DNA of 63,428 nt, filler included, from Chiloscyllium plagiosum (lineage: Eukaryota): assembly GCF_004010195.1 (NCBI RefSeq). It is 4 parts of one record of this genome, joined end to end, with 100 filler letters (N's around TTAATTAATTAA, not from the genome) between each part and the next. Parts side by side here need not be neighbours in the genome. Positions count along the whole stretch, not along the records: positions 19,605 to 37,224 come from NC_057710.1; 3 more parts are not named here. The stretch is one strand, 5' to 3'. The notes below the pieces were generated by a model. That model was not told where the DNA came from. It was given only the letters and a program-made list of their open reading frames with translations, and searched no databases. Position numbers and translations under genes: made by a program. Shown here piece by piece: positions 23,206 to 35,384 of this stretch. How positions within the stretch are numbered: position 1 is the stretch's first letter; every line of letters starts with the position of its first letter.

Positions 23206-24496
23206 CTCCTCATTAAGCACTCTGCCATCACACACACGGATTGGTCCTTAATGGGGTCTTGTTCTTTCCCTGGTTGTGGGCTGTTTCAGCAGGAACAATG
23301 GCAGGGGGGTTGGCATTGCGCCCTAGGCAGAGGGCCTGAATCAGCAAGAGGGAGTGAGCACAGGGCATGTGAAGCTGGATTTGGGAGGAGGGGGGGATGC
23401 GTGGGGTCACTGGAGAGGTTGGACGGCATGAAGGGCACGGTACTGGCTATCACTGACTGATTCCACGTCTCTCAGTCAGGCAGAAAATGCCAACTGATTA
23501 AACAAAACAGCAGGAAAGGTATGTGAACGAGGCAGGCACTAGGACCCAGTGAGCATGTGTGGCAGCTTCCCTACGTCACAGGGCATCTCATTCTAGAATA
23601 AAGTCGCTGCATGGAATGAGCTACTGGTTAGATGAAGCTGGTACTGGTTTGCTGCAGTGAGAGGGCAATCTATCAGGTGAGTACGCCTTATAGTTTAATT
23701 TCAATAGAAATGTTATAGGGCACTTAAAGCTTTGATTGCTGTTTGCAGAGAAATACAAATTACAGCAGGAATGAAAATCAAACCTTGTAGTTTTTGTTCA
23801 AAGTGTTTACATTAGAAAGGAAAGGTCTACACTAGAAAGGAAAGGTTTACATCCTGACAACCAAAATACTGACTTTAAACATTTTCCCTTGTTAACACTA
23901 TCATATTTGTGAACTGAAAGTTTTAGAAAAGGGGAAGTGATTACAAAGTAAAAGGAAGCTGTTATTTTTATGGCTGAAAATGTCTGCCTATTTCATTCTG
24001 GCTGACTGTTTGCTCACCTTTTCTATTAAATTGCGTAACTTGAGGGCATACTCTTCTAATAACTGGAGGGTGTTTGAACCATTGCGATGAAGCAGTCTCC
24101 CAGCAAATACTGCTTTCAAAGGCTCGATCCAGAAATGAGCTTTCTGTTTTGTTTCTCGTGCAAGTCAAGCTTTTTCATTGTTAAGAGGAGCAGAATTAGG
24201 AACGGACTTATATACTCCTTAGGTTTGTTCTACTGTTTAGTAGTGTCATTTCTGGTCTTCCACTTAAGACTGAGACAAAGAAAAATATTTTCACTCAGGA
24301 GGTCATGAGTCTTTGAAATTCTTTTCCCCAGAAAACACTGGAGGCAGGGTCTCTGAATTATCTTAAGATGGAAATAGATAGATCCCTGACGAACAATAGA
24401 TTCAGAGGTTATTGGGGTAAGAGAGAGGGTTGAGTCAGGTCAACCATACTCTCATTGAACGACAAAGCAAGCCCAAGGGATCAAATGCCATACATT

Positions 24497-24820
24497 CATA
24501 GAATCTCTACAGTGTGGAAGCAAGCCATTTACCCTATTGAGTTTACATCGACCCTCTGAAGAGCATCCCACCCAGACCCAACCCCCAACCCCCAACCCCC
24601 AACCCCCAACCCCCAACCTTATCTCTGTATTTCCCATGGCTAATTCACCTCACCTGTACATCCCTGGATACTGTGGGTAACTTAGCATGGCCACTCCACC
24701 TAATCTGTACATCTTTGGACTGTGGGAGGAAACTGGAGCAAACCCATTTAGACAGTCACCTGTGGGTGGAATTGAACCCGGGTCCTTGGTGCTGTAAAGC
24801 AGCACTGAGCCACTGTGTAA
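24497..24820 (-). mobile_element. HE1 SINE with expanded (CCCCCAA)n tract
   Basis: HE1 homology; (CCCCCAA)n at about 24577-24618. Confidence 0.8.
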
Positions 24821-25229
24821 CCCCAAATGCCCCACTTCTACATCAAGTTGATAAGTTCATTTTATATATGTTTGTGAGTGAAGTAAACCAAAATACTGCA
24901 TGTGCTGGAAATGTAATGCATAATGTTACAAACATAAACTGGCCAGATAACATCAGCAGAGACTGAAAAGCCCAGCCAGGGTATTGCATGGAAACATGTA
25001 AACAAGCTGTTCAACCAGAAGTCATTGCTGAACTACATGGAGACACAGAGAGGTGGGATAGGTCTGACTTGAATATTGAGGTTGTCTTGAAGGTTCAAAA
25101 TGATCAATTTCAAGAATATTGCAAAAGTCAACTGAAGAACTTCTACCTTTTGGTGCTTTTAAGACTACAAATTAAGTCTCATGTCTGCCAATTAGCACAT
25201 TATCAAAGCTCAGCAGGAACTAGGGAAGG

Positions 25230-26550
25230 CAAATGGACTTTTTTTATTTCAAAATATGAAAATGGGGAATTAATATTAAATCTATACAAGGTGCTAATCA
25301 GACCACACCTGGAAGACTGAGTAGTTCTGGGCCATTATCTAAGGAAAGATATACTGACATTGAAGTCAGACCAGAGATGTTTTGCTAGCTAAATTCCAGG
25401 CATGAATGAATTTTGTTGTGAAGTTGTACAGGATGTTGGTGAGGCCTCTTCAGGAATACTGTGTCCAGTTCTGGTCGCTCTGTTATAGGAAGGATAGTAT
25501 TCATCTGATTTACCAGGATGTTGCTGGGAATGGAGAGTTTGAGTTATGAGGAAATGTTGGATTGGATGAGACATTTTTCCCTCAAGAGTAGGAGATTGTG
25601 GGGTGACCTTACAGAGATTTATAAAATCATGAGGGGTACAGATAAAGTGAATGGCAGGTGTCTTTTCCCTAAGGTGGGGGATTTCAAGACAAGGGGGCAT
25701 GTTTTTAAGGTGAGAGGAGAAAGATTTTAAAAAGTCACGGGGTGGAGGGGCAATTATTTTACAGAGAGTCTGTGGTTTGTGTGTGGATTGAACTTCCAGA
25801 GGAAGTGGTGAATACAGGTAGAGTTACAATGTTTATTGGGGTAAGAGGGAGGGTTGAGTCAGGTCAACCATATTCTCATTGAACTGCAAAGCAGGCTCAA
25901 GGGATCAAATGTCATACAATTATAGAATCCCAACAGTTTGGACGCAGGCCATTCGGCCTATCGAGTCACACCGACCCTCCAAAGATGCTTAAAAACATGT
26001 TTAGAAGACATTTAGATAAGCACATGAATAAGAAATGTTTGGAGGGATTTAGGCCAAGTGTGGGACGAGTTTAGTTTGAGATTATAGTTGACATGGACTG
26101 GTTGGACCGAAGGGTCTCTCCCATGGTGTATGACTCTCTGACTTTGAAAGATTGAATCATTTGGGCTTGTAATCAGTGGAGTTTAGAAGAATGACAGGAG
26201 ACCTTAGATTCCTATGAGGGGCCCTGACAGGGTAGGCACAGTGAGATTGTGTGTGGGAAAGTTTCAGGTCAGAAGGTATAATCTCAGAGTTAGGAGTCGC
26301 ACATTTAAGATAGCGATGAGGGGGATGTTTTTCTCTCACAGAAGTCTGTAGAATTCTTTATCACAGATAGCCATCATCACTATGTCATTAGGTATGTTAG
26401 AGGCTGAGAAAGAGTTTTACTTAGTCAGGGGATCAAGGCTTATGTGGATAAGGCAGGAAAGTTAAGCTGAGGATCATCAGATTACCTATGATCACATTGA
26501 ATGGCAGTGCAGATGGGCCAAATGGTCTACTTCTGCACGTTTAGCTTATG
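25230..26550 (+). mobile_element. Nested CR1 3' fragments
   Basis: LYKVLIRPHLED, LWGDLTEIYKIMRG, KTRGHVFKVRG; two separate 3' UTRs. Confidence 0.8.
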
Positions 26551-27357
26551 GAGCAGATAAATTAATGGGGGGAGAATGTTCCCTCAGGACTTTGCTCATA
26601 AGCATATAAGACATAGCAGCAGGAGTTGACCATAAGATCTTACATGCCTGCTTCACCATTCAACATATTCAATACCTTTCTTCCATTCAATCTCCACTTC
26701 CTCCCTCTCCCACCTCCTCTCTCAGCATTCTCTCATTCCCAGAGACCCCAAATATGTCTCTATCTCAGCCTGGAATATACAATGATACATGACTCTGTAA
26801 ACTTGAGGTTTCCAAAGATTCAAAACTCTGAGGGAAGAAATTTCTCCTCATTTCAACACAAATAGCCACCTTTCGTGAGACTGTGTGCCTACCTTCTAGA
26901 ATTCCCAGCAAAGGAAAACGATGTTCACTGTGAAAAATCATCTCAAAATCTTGCATGTTTCGATGAAATCAACTCTCATTTTTCTAAAGTTGCAGACATA
27001 GGCTCAATTTTCCCAGCCTTTCATCATACCAAATGCACACACTATTCCAAGTCTGGTCTCATCAGTGCTCTGTACAATCATTGTTAGATGTTCATTTTTG
27101 TGCTCCAATCCACTTATAACAAAGGGGAACATGCTACTTGCCTTTGCATTGGCTTGTTGTTCCTGCCCGCTAACTTACTTGTTCCTTTTGCGACTGCAAG
27201 CAAGTGGAATCTGGAGGGTGTGTTCCTTCCCTGGTGCCAGGGTCAAGAATGCCATTCTGAAAGGCGAGGGAAAATAGCCAGCAGTTTTGGTCTGGTTTGG
27301 TAAAAGAAGAGGAAAGAGGTCTTGCAAGCAGAATATAGAGAGCTAGGAAATAAATAG

Positions 27358-27670
27358 GGTGGCACGGTGGCTCAGTGGTTAGACCGCAGCCTTACAGTGC
27401 CAGGGACGTGGGTTTGATTCCAACCTCGGGTGACTGCCTGTGCGGAGGTCGCACATTCTCCCAGTGTCTATGTTGGTTTCTTCGGGGTATTCCGGTTTTC
27501 TCCCACAATCCAAAGCTGTGCAGGTCAGGTGAATTAGCCAATGCTAACTTGCCCATAGTGTTTGGTGCATGAGTCAGAGGGAAATGGGTCTGCGTGGGTA
27601 GCCTTTGGAGAGACGGTGTGCACTTGTTGGGCCAAATGGCCTGTTTACACACTGTAGGGGATTGAATCTA
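27358..27670 (+). mobile_element. HE1 SINE
   Basis: GGTGGCACGGTGGCTCAGTGGTTAG head and HE1 body. Confidence 0.85.
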
Positions 27671-27744
27671 AAAAAATTAAAAAGCTTGATCTCAAAAGGT
27701 AGTAATATTAGGATTACACTCAGCGCTACAGGGTAGAGAATTCT

Positions 27745-28250
27745 GGAAAAAGAGAATAGAACAGCCAACGGCATTTATTGTAGATATAATCCTCAGTAAC
27801 ATGTAAACTCTCCCTAAACTCCCACATCCGACAAGAAGAGCATATCATTCTACTAAGGGCCATTTTTGCTTTTTCCAATCTGCAGATCCAGAAAATAGCC
27901 CATTCTTATTCCTCTACAAACACTTCTCCAGGCTTACTTAATACTTATCGTTTTTATTTTTAAGTTTAATCAAGAGACATATCTCAATAAAACATATAAT
28001 CAGGAAAGAACCCACTGTATTCACTACAGCAGACTTACAGCAAACCCTAAGGCCACACTTAAAACTATTCACTTATCTGTCTCTGTGTTGTGACCTTTCC
28101 CAAACAGGTTCCTCCAAGATCAGTTGTGAATGTCACTGTTTGTTAATTTTCCCAGGTGCACTCTGATGTCTAGCGATACATGAATTCAACAGTAAAGACA
28201 GTAACTGCGCAGGTTCACTGCTCTGTCAGTTAGCAGTATGGTTTTCTCTC

Positions 28251-28282
<32 letters not shown>

Positions 28283-28722
28283 TCTCCTGCACTGACCTCG
28301 CCTTTGTCTGTTCCTCACACTTTTAAAAGTGCCGTTGTTTTGACTTTTTTTTCTCCAAAGTTCCAAAACAATGCAACATCATATAAAACAAAAACATAAA
28401 TTGCTGGAGAAATCCAACAAGTCTGTCAGCATCTATGGAAAGAAAGTAGGATTAACTTTTTTAATCTAATGATCCTTCTTCACAATGGGTCCCTCTTTAT
28501 CCATGACACTTATTCTGGGCTTTAGTATAGAGTTCATATCCCATACACATTATCATAGGCTTTATGCCATATAAATAAATAAAATCCTTTGCGTTAGTTG
28601 CAGTAGTTGCTGCTCCTAAAATTCGAGGAAATCACCTCCAACATCTAAAATACCTCAAATAAAGGAGCAGCCTGTTTCAGCCAGAAATTTTTCCCGACCT
28701 CCATCTTGGATTGGATTACCCA
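27745..28722 (-). mobile_element. Probable LINE 5' UTR fragment
   Basis: Minus strand begins GGGTAATCCAATCCAAGATGGAGG (YY1-like AAGATGG near the start, typical of LINE internal promoters); interrupted at 28391-28601. Confidence 0.4.
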
Positions 28723-29619
28723 GACCAGTTGAATGCATAGTTGAGAGAATGATGGAGAAGGAAGGGATTTAAATTCTTACGACATTGGGATCAATTTTGA
28801 TGAAGTTGGACAAGTTGACAGGTCACACAGCAGCAGGACTGGGATCAAAATCCATGTGGGAGTATTTACTAGAGCAGTGGGGAAGGGTTTAAACAAGAAT
28901 GGCAGGGGCTTGGGATCTGAGTGGGAAGGATACAAGGAAGGAAACAACAATGGAAATGAAAGATAGGAAGGTAGAAAGCAAAATTGCAAAGCAGAGGAAA
29001 CATGACCAAGAAGCAAGTAGGAATTCAGTAAACGAAAGTAAACTTGTTCAATGCATGCCTGTTTTTAAAAAAATTAAATGCACTTACTTCATCACTAGTT
29101 TCATAATGTCATGTCTACTGGTTTTACCAAAGTGAGAGATCATTGATCATAATGTATAAGCCTCAAAAATTCTTCTAAAAACAGGGATAAACTTACAGGC
29201 GAAGATTTAACTTTTGGAAGGAAAAATATTTTCAATATTTGATTAGATAAATCCAGAATTGTAGAAATCCAATGGCTAACAATAGACATTTCAGCAAAAA
29301 AGAAAATACATTACTTTTCACTTGTTTAACAGCAGGCAAAGAAAATGAGACATTTATTCACAAATTCAACCCTTTTCTTACCTTTCTACTGCAGTCTCTG
29401 AATAGACAAATAACATTAGGGATTGTATCTTTTTATTTGATTTATTGATGCAAATGTAACACCAAAAATGTTGTGAAATTGCATTCAAGTCAATTGAAAA
29501 AACGCAGTTAATGCAAATGATTTTATTTGTTTATATGACATAAAGCCTATGATAATGTGTATGGGATGTAAACTCCAAACTAAAGCCCAGAATAAGTGTC
29601 ATGGATAAAGAGGGACCCA

Positions 29620-29742
29620 TTGTGAAGAAGGGTCATTAGATTCAAAAAGTTAATCCTGCTTTCTCTCCATAGATGCTGACAGATCTGTTGGATTTTTCCA
29701 GCAATTTCATTTGTTGCTTTAGATTCCCAGCATCCACAGTTG
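29620..29742 (+). mobile_element. Degenerate Penelope terminal repeat
   Basis: tgaagaagggtcattagattcaaaaagttaa...agatgctgacagatctgttggatttttccagc. Confidence 0.6.
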
Positions 29743-30024
29743 TAAAATGCAAACACAGTTAATAATGCAAACTAACAGGATTTATTGGACAATAAATGGA
29801 AGGACTTAGAACAAGGGCAGGCAGAAGGGGTTAGTTTCAGTTGGAGCCACGCTGGGCACAATGTTGTGGGCCGAAGGGCCCGTTGCTGTGCTGTACAGTT
29901 GAATTAGAATTAGAATTCCTACAATGTGGAATGTTCTATGTTCTAATAAGATTAAGACTTAACCTTCTCCTATTTGTGGCACAACTTAGTGTATGTGTCA
30001 GTATACAATTCTGTAGACATCAGG

Positions 30025-30280
30025 ATAGAACATAGAACATAGAAAAATACAGCGCAGTATAGGCCCTTTGGCCCTCGATGTTGCGCCGATCTAAGCCCAC
30101 CTAATCTACACTAGCCCACTATCCTCCATTTGCCTATCCAATGCCCGTTTAAATGCCCATAAAGAGGGAGAGTCCACCACTGCTACTGGCAGGGCATTCC
30201 ATGAACTCACGACTCGCTGAGTAAAGAATCTACCCCTAACATCTATCCTATACCTATCACCCCTTAACTTAAAGCTATAA
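30025..30280 (-). mobile_element. CR1 3' tail with (CATAGAA)n
   Basis: Same tail as 37071-37224 and 43535-43700. Confidence 0.8.
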
Positions 30281-30509
30281 ATTAATCTTTGGGGTTTTCT
30301 CTTCGTGGTTCCTTGGAGCTTATCCCTTGTTTCCCAATCTCTTGAAGCTAGTCTCTCAACTCACGATATACTTTAAGCTTTTATCTTAGTCAGTTTAACT
30401 AATGTACAAGCAAATCTGCCTGGCAGCTATATGACTTCAATTCTGATTGCCCATTCAACCTGAACCACTGTAACCATAGATACTCACAGAATACTTCTCT
30501 CACTCTCTG

Positions 30510-30935
30510 TTAGGATAGGCTGGGACTTTTTTCACTGGCGTGTGGGTGATTGAGGGATGAACTTACAGAGATTTATTAAACCATGAAGGGCATAGATAAG
30601 GTGAACAGCAAAGGTTCTTTTTTTTTCCCCCGAGGATGGGGGAGTTCAAAACTAGGGGGCACAGTTTTAAGGTGTGAGGAAAAAGATTTAAAAAGGACAT
30701 GAGTGGCAACTTTTTCACACAGAGGTTAGTTTATATGTGGAACAAACTGCCAGAGGAAGTGATGGAGTCTGGTGCAATTACGACATTTCAAAGACATTTG
30801 GACAAGTACATCGAACAGGAAAGGTTTAGAGGGATATGGACAAAACACAGGCAAATGGGACTGTGTTTGGGAAACATAGTCAGCATGGACTGGTTGAATG
30901 GCCCATTTCTGTGATGTATGACTTGATGACTGTAT
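30510..30935 (+). mobile_element. CR1 3' end
   Basis: GNFFTQRLVYMWNKLPEEVMES. Confidence 0.85.
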
Positions 30936-31492
30936 GATCCCTTCTGAAAGGAGTTTCCACAAAATTTCTCACTTTGGTTGAGTTTCTCCTAAGGCCCACT
31001 GGTGATTTCCAACACTGATCCAATACCTATACTTGGATATGTTATGGCAAACCCATTATCTTATACACAGACTCCTTGAGTTAGAACTTATGAGCAGGAG
31101 TAAGACATTCAGCCCTTCAAGTATGCTCTAGCATTCAATAAGGTCATGGCTGATCCGGTTATGGTCTCAGCCCAACACAACCTATCTTGCTCCACCCCAA
31201 CCCAAACCCCAATAGCCCCTAACTCCTTCAAATCAAAACTCAATTGTATATTACCTTGAAAAATTCAATTACACACCCTCCGCTGCTTTCTTAGAAAGAT
31301 GATTCCTCAGTCAGACAAAATTACACCTAATTTCCATCTTAAAAGGGATACGTTAATCTTAAACACCGTTCCTGAGGTCTGAACCCCCCCCAAAAAGGAA
31401 ATATCTTCTAGTTTTTACTCTACCATGTTCCCACAGATTCTTATGTTTCCACAAAATCATGGTTCATTTTTCTAAACTCCATCAGTCACAGG

Positions 31493-31717
31493 GCAAAAGT
31501 GAAGACTGCGGATGCTGGAGATCAGAGTCAAGATTAGAGTGGTGCTGGAAAAACACAACAGGTCGGGCAGCATCCGAGGAGCAGGAAAATCGATGTTTCG
31601 GGCAGGACCCCTTCGTCAGGAATGGCCTGAGGAAGGGCTCCTACCCGAAACGTCAACTTCTCTGCTCCTCAGCTGCTGCCTGACCTGCTGTACTTTTCCA
31701 GCACCATTCTAATCTTG
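31493..31717. mobile_element. Inverted-repeat Penelope mini-element with 17-bp TSD and two hammerhead cores
   Basis: TSD ACTCCATCAGTCACAGG at 31476-31492 and 31718-31734; minus core CTGACGA-AGGGGTCCTGCCC-GAAA-CATC (31592-31619); plus core CTGAGGA-AGGGCTCCTACCC-GAAA-CGTC (31627-31654). Confidence 0.85.
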
Positions 31718-31879
31718 ACTCCATCAGTCACAGGCCTACCCTGTCCAATTTTCCCTGTTGTTCCTGAACATAGTCAAGTACATATTCCTATTCCGCTTTG
31801 AATGCAACTGTATCCTTTTTCTAATAAGGAGACCTGGGTGTTCTTGTAAACCATGCAGTAAAAGTAGTTTTTCAGGGGC

Positions 31880-34550
31880 AGTAGACAATGAATGGTCTGT
31901 TGGTATTCATAGTGAGCGGATTCAAGAACAGGAGCAGTGACTTGGCTGAGACCACTTCTGGAATGTTGTGTGCCGTTTTGGTCTCCTTAACTGAGGAAAG
32001 ATAGTCTGGCTGTGGAAGCAGTACAACAAAGCTTTACCAGATTAATTCCTGGGATGGCAGGATTTCTGGATGAAGAGAGACCATGGTCTCTCAGCAGTTA
32101 GGACTATGTTCATTGAAGTTTAGAAGAATAAGAGGAATATCAATAGAAACCTGTTACATTCTAACAGGACTGATAGTAAAGTGGCAAAGTGTTCTTTAAA
32201 CATATAGTTAAAATATATATTAATAGTAAAAGATTAATGAGGGATAGAGTGGGGCCCATAAGGAACAGGCAGGGTAAGCTGCTCACTGGAGAACAGGGTA
32301 TGAAATGAATACTTTGCTTCTGTCTTTGCTAAATTAGAAAATGGTGACAATGGCCCAGTTGAAAATATGGGTGTTGAGCAACTGAGCAGTTTGGTGATAA
32401 ATAAAGAAGAGGTGCTAACAAGGCTGGCAACATTCCAGGTGGAGGGGTTGCCAGGCCTAGATGGGATACATTCTCAATTGCTGAGAGAGGCAAGGGAGCA
32501 AACTGCAGAGTCATTGATAGAAATTTTAGAAGTGTCTCTGAATGCAAGATTAGTCCAGGGGGAATGAATGATTGCAAATGTGACACTGGTGCTTAAGAAA
32601 TAGGCAAAGGATAACCAAGGAAACTACAGAGCTGTCAACTTGACATCAATAGTGCAGAAACTGATGGAGACCATAATACAAGGTAAGATAAATATACATG
32701 GAGAGAAAAATAAGCTAACATTAGACAGTCAACATGGCTTTGTCAAGGGCAGGCCATGTCTGACCAAGTTAATTGTGTTCTTTGAAGAAATGACCCAGGC
32801 AGTGGATGAGGGTAGTGCTTTGGATGTTGCATGTTTGGACTTTCAGAAATCATTTGATACTGTGCCACACGGCAGGTTGGTTGCAATTTAGTAATATTTG
32901 AAATTGATAGGTCCTTGGCAGCATGGATTAGAAGTTGCTAAAAAATAGAAAACAGAGTGTAAGATTAGATGAAGACAAATTGAAAGTGGTGTTCACAAGG
33001 TATTGGGATCCTTGCTTTTTCTGAATGATGTGTATGAACAATTTGGAAATGGGTGTTGAAGGTATAAAGTCTAAATTTGCTGATGGGTTTAGGGTGAGGG
33101 GGAAAAATTCAAACTGGACTTAAGGGGCAACTTTTTAATGCAGAGGGCAGTGCGTGTATAGAATGAGCTGTCAGAGCAAGTGGTGGAGGCTGGTACAAAA
33201 CAACATTTAAAAAGCATCTGGATGGGTATATGAATAGGAAGGATTTAGAAGGGTATGGGCCAAGTACTGCAGAATGGAACTAGATTAGGTTTGGTTATCT
33301 CGTCGGCATAGACGAGTTGGACCGAAGGGTCCTTTTCCATGCTGTACATCTTTGTGACTCTATGATTCTATGGGGAGAAGAGTGAATTATGAGGATGATG
33401 CTGAATGACTTCAGAGGGACATTGAAAAGTTGGCCAAATGGATAGACACCTGCCAGATTAATTTCAATACAGAGAAATGTGATAGAAGAAATACAGCGAG
33501 ACAGTACAGGCCTCAATGGTACAACTTTGAGGAGAGTACAGAGTAGAGGAACCTCGGTACTCCTGTGCATGGTTCTCTGAAGATGGCCAAGCAAGTTGTA
33601 TCAGTTGCTAAAAGGCTTATAAGATCCTTGAGTTTATATATTGAGGCATAGATTATAAAAACAAGGAAGTTATGCTACACCTCTACAATTCATTAGTTAG
33701 ACCATATTTGGAGTATTGTGTTCAGTTCTGGGCACCTTATTTAAGAAAGGATGTTAAAACTCTGGACAGAGTTCAAAGGAAATTTTCTAGACTGATGCCA
33801 GAAATTAGGGATTTTAGATACAAGGAAAGATTAGAGAGATTGGGCTTATTGTCCTTGGAGCAGAGACATGACCGTATTGAGGTACTCAAAATTATGAAAA
33901 TGTTTGAGAGAATAAAGAAGGATATTCTGTTTCCATTAGTTGGTTTGTGAGTAACTTGGGGTCACAATTTCAAGATTGCCAGCAAGAGAGCTATGAGGGT
34001 GATGAGGAGAAACGTCTTTACTCAGAGAGTTGTTAGGATTTGGAATGCACTGCCTGGGAGAGTGGTGGAGGTGGATTCCTTATGGGATTTCAAAAGAGAG
34101 CTGGATATATATTTGCACGGTGGCGCAGTGGTTAGCACTGCTGCCTCACAGCGCCAGAGACCCGGGTTCAATTCCCGACTCAGGCGACTGACTGTGTGGA
34201 GTTTGCACATTCTCCCCGTGTCTGCGTGGGTTTCCTCCGGGTGCTCCGGTTTCCTCCCACAGTCACAAAGATGTGTGGGTCAGGTGAATTGGCCATGCTA
34301 AATTGCCCGTAGTGTTGGGGTAAATGTAGGGGTATGGGTGGGTTGCGCTTCGGCGGGTCGGTGTGGACTTGTTGGGCCGAAGGGCCTGTTTCCACACTGT
34401 AAGTAATCTAATCTAATCTGATAGGGATGAATTTAGAGGGTTATGGATATAGGGCTGGAGAGTGGGTCTAGCTGAATAGATCGTTCAGGAGTTGATACAA
34501 ACATGATGGGCTGAATGACCTCCTTCACTAGTGTAAAATTCTGATTCTAT
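31880..34550 (+). mobile_element. CR1 ORF2 remnants with nested CR1 tail (33085-33365) and SINE
   Basis: QHGFVKGRPCLTKL, LDFQKSFDTVPH, LYNSLVRPYLEYCVQFWAP, FTQRVVRIWNALP. Confidence 0.85.
34115..34419 (+). mobile_element. HE1 SINE, young, near full length
   Basis: A-box TGGCGCAGTGG, B-box GGTTCAATTCC, V-domain text (GTGTGGAGTTTGCACATTCTCCCCGTGTCTGCGTGGGTTTCCTCCGGGTGCTCCGGTTTCCTCCCACA), (TCTAA)n tail. Confidence 0.92.
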
Positions 34551-34711
34551 CATGAGACAGAGTAAATGTAAGAAGGAATTTCCTGACAACTGGGAAGTCC
34601 AGAATCTAGAACCAGAGGACCCAGTCTAAGAAATTAGGATTGGAAAATAGTGAGCCTTTAGAATATTCTGTCCTAAGCAGTTGAGGTCAAAATAATGAAT
34701 GTTGTCAAGAA

Positions 34712-35300
34712 AAGGAGTAGACTAGAATTGCAAGTATAATGCTGTTTCACCTGGAAGGTGGGTTTGGAGCCTGGGACAGTGAGGATGGAGGAGGTGACTG
34801 TGTTACACTTTCTGCATGGAAAGGTGCCATGGGGTAATGAAAAAGTGTTGGGAGTAATGGAGGAATGGACCAGGATATCACGGAGGAGATGGTCCTTGCA
34901 GAATGCTGACAGTAGAGGGGAGAGAACAGTAGATGTGATTGATGGTGACAACCGGCTAGAGGTGGCAGAAATGGCAGAGGGTGATCCTTTGAATGCGGAG
35001 TCTAGTGGGATGGCCTTATAGTTGTTCTGGGAAGGGACAGAAGTGGTGAGGTCAGAAGTGTGATAGATAGGTTGGACACAGCTGAGGACCTGGTCCATCA
35101 CAATGTGGAGGGGGAAGTCCTTAACTGAGGAAAAAGGATGTCGTGTGGAGGCAGCCCAGTGAAAGATGGCATCATCAAAACGAATGTCATGGAGTTAGAG
35201 CAACTCTGAGAAGGGAATGGAATCCTTGCAGGGACCAGGAAGTGAGGTGAGGTAAATGTAGGAGTTGGTGGGTCTTGAATGGATATTGGTCAGTCTATCC
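34712..35300 (-). mobile_element. Penelope-like RT C-terminus/GIY-YIG fragment
   Basis: PLLSAFCKDHLLRDILVHS, GTFPCRKCNT, PGSKPTFQVKQHYTCNS. Confidence 0.75.
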
Positions 35301-35384
35301 CCAGTGTAGTCAAGGAAGGAAGGGTACTCCCTATTCGTTTTTCTCCATTGCTCTTTCAAAAAAGGCTAACATTCAAAGGATAAA

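Noticed and set aside
34115..34180. tRNA genes at SINE heads
   Set aside because: A/B boxes continue into a multi-copy SINE body and tail; no complete cloverleaf or terminator.
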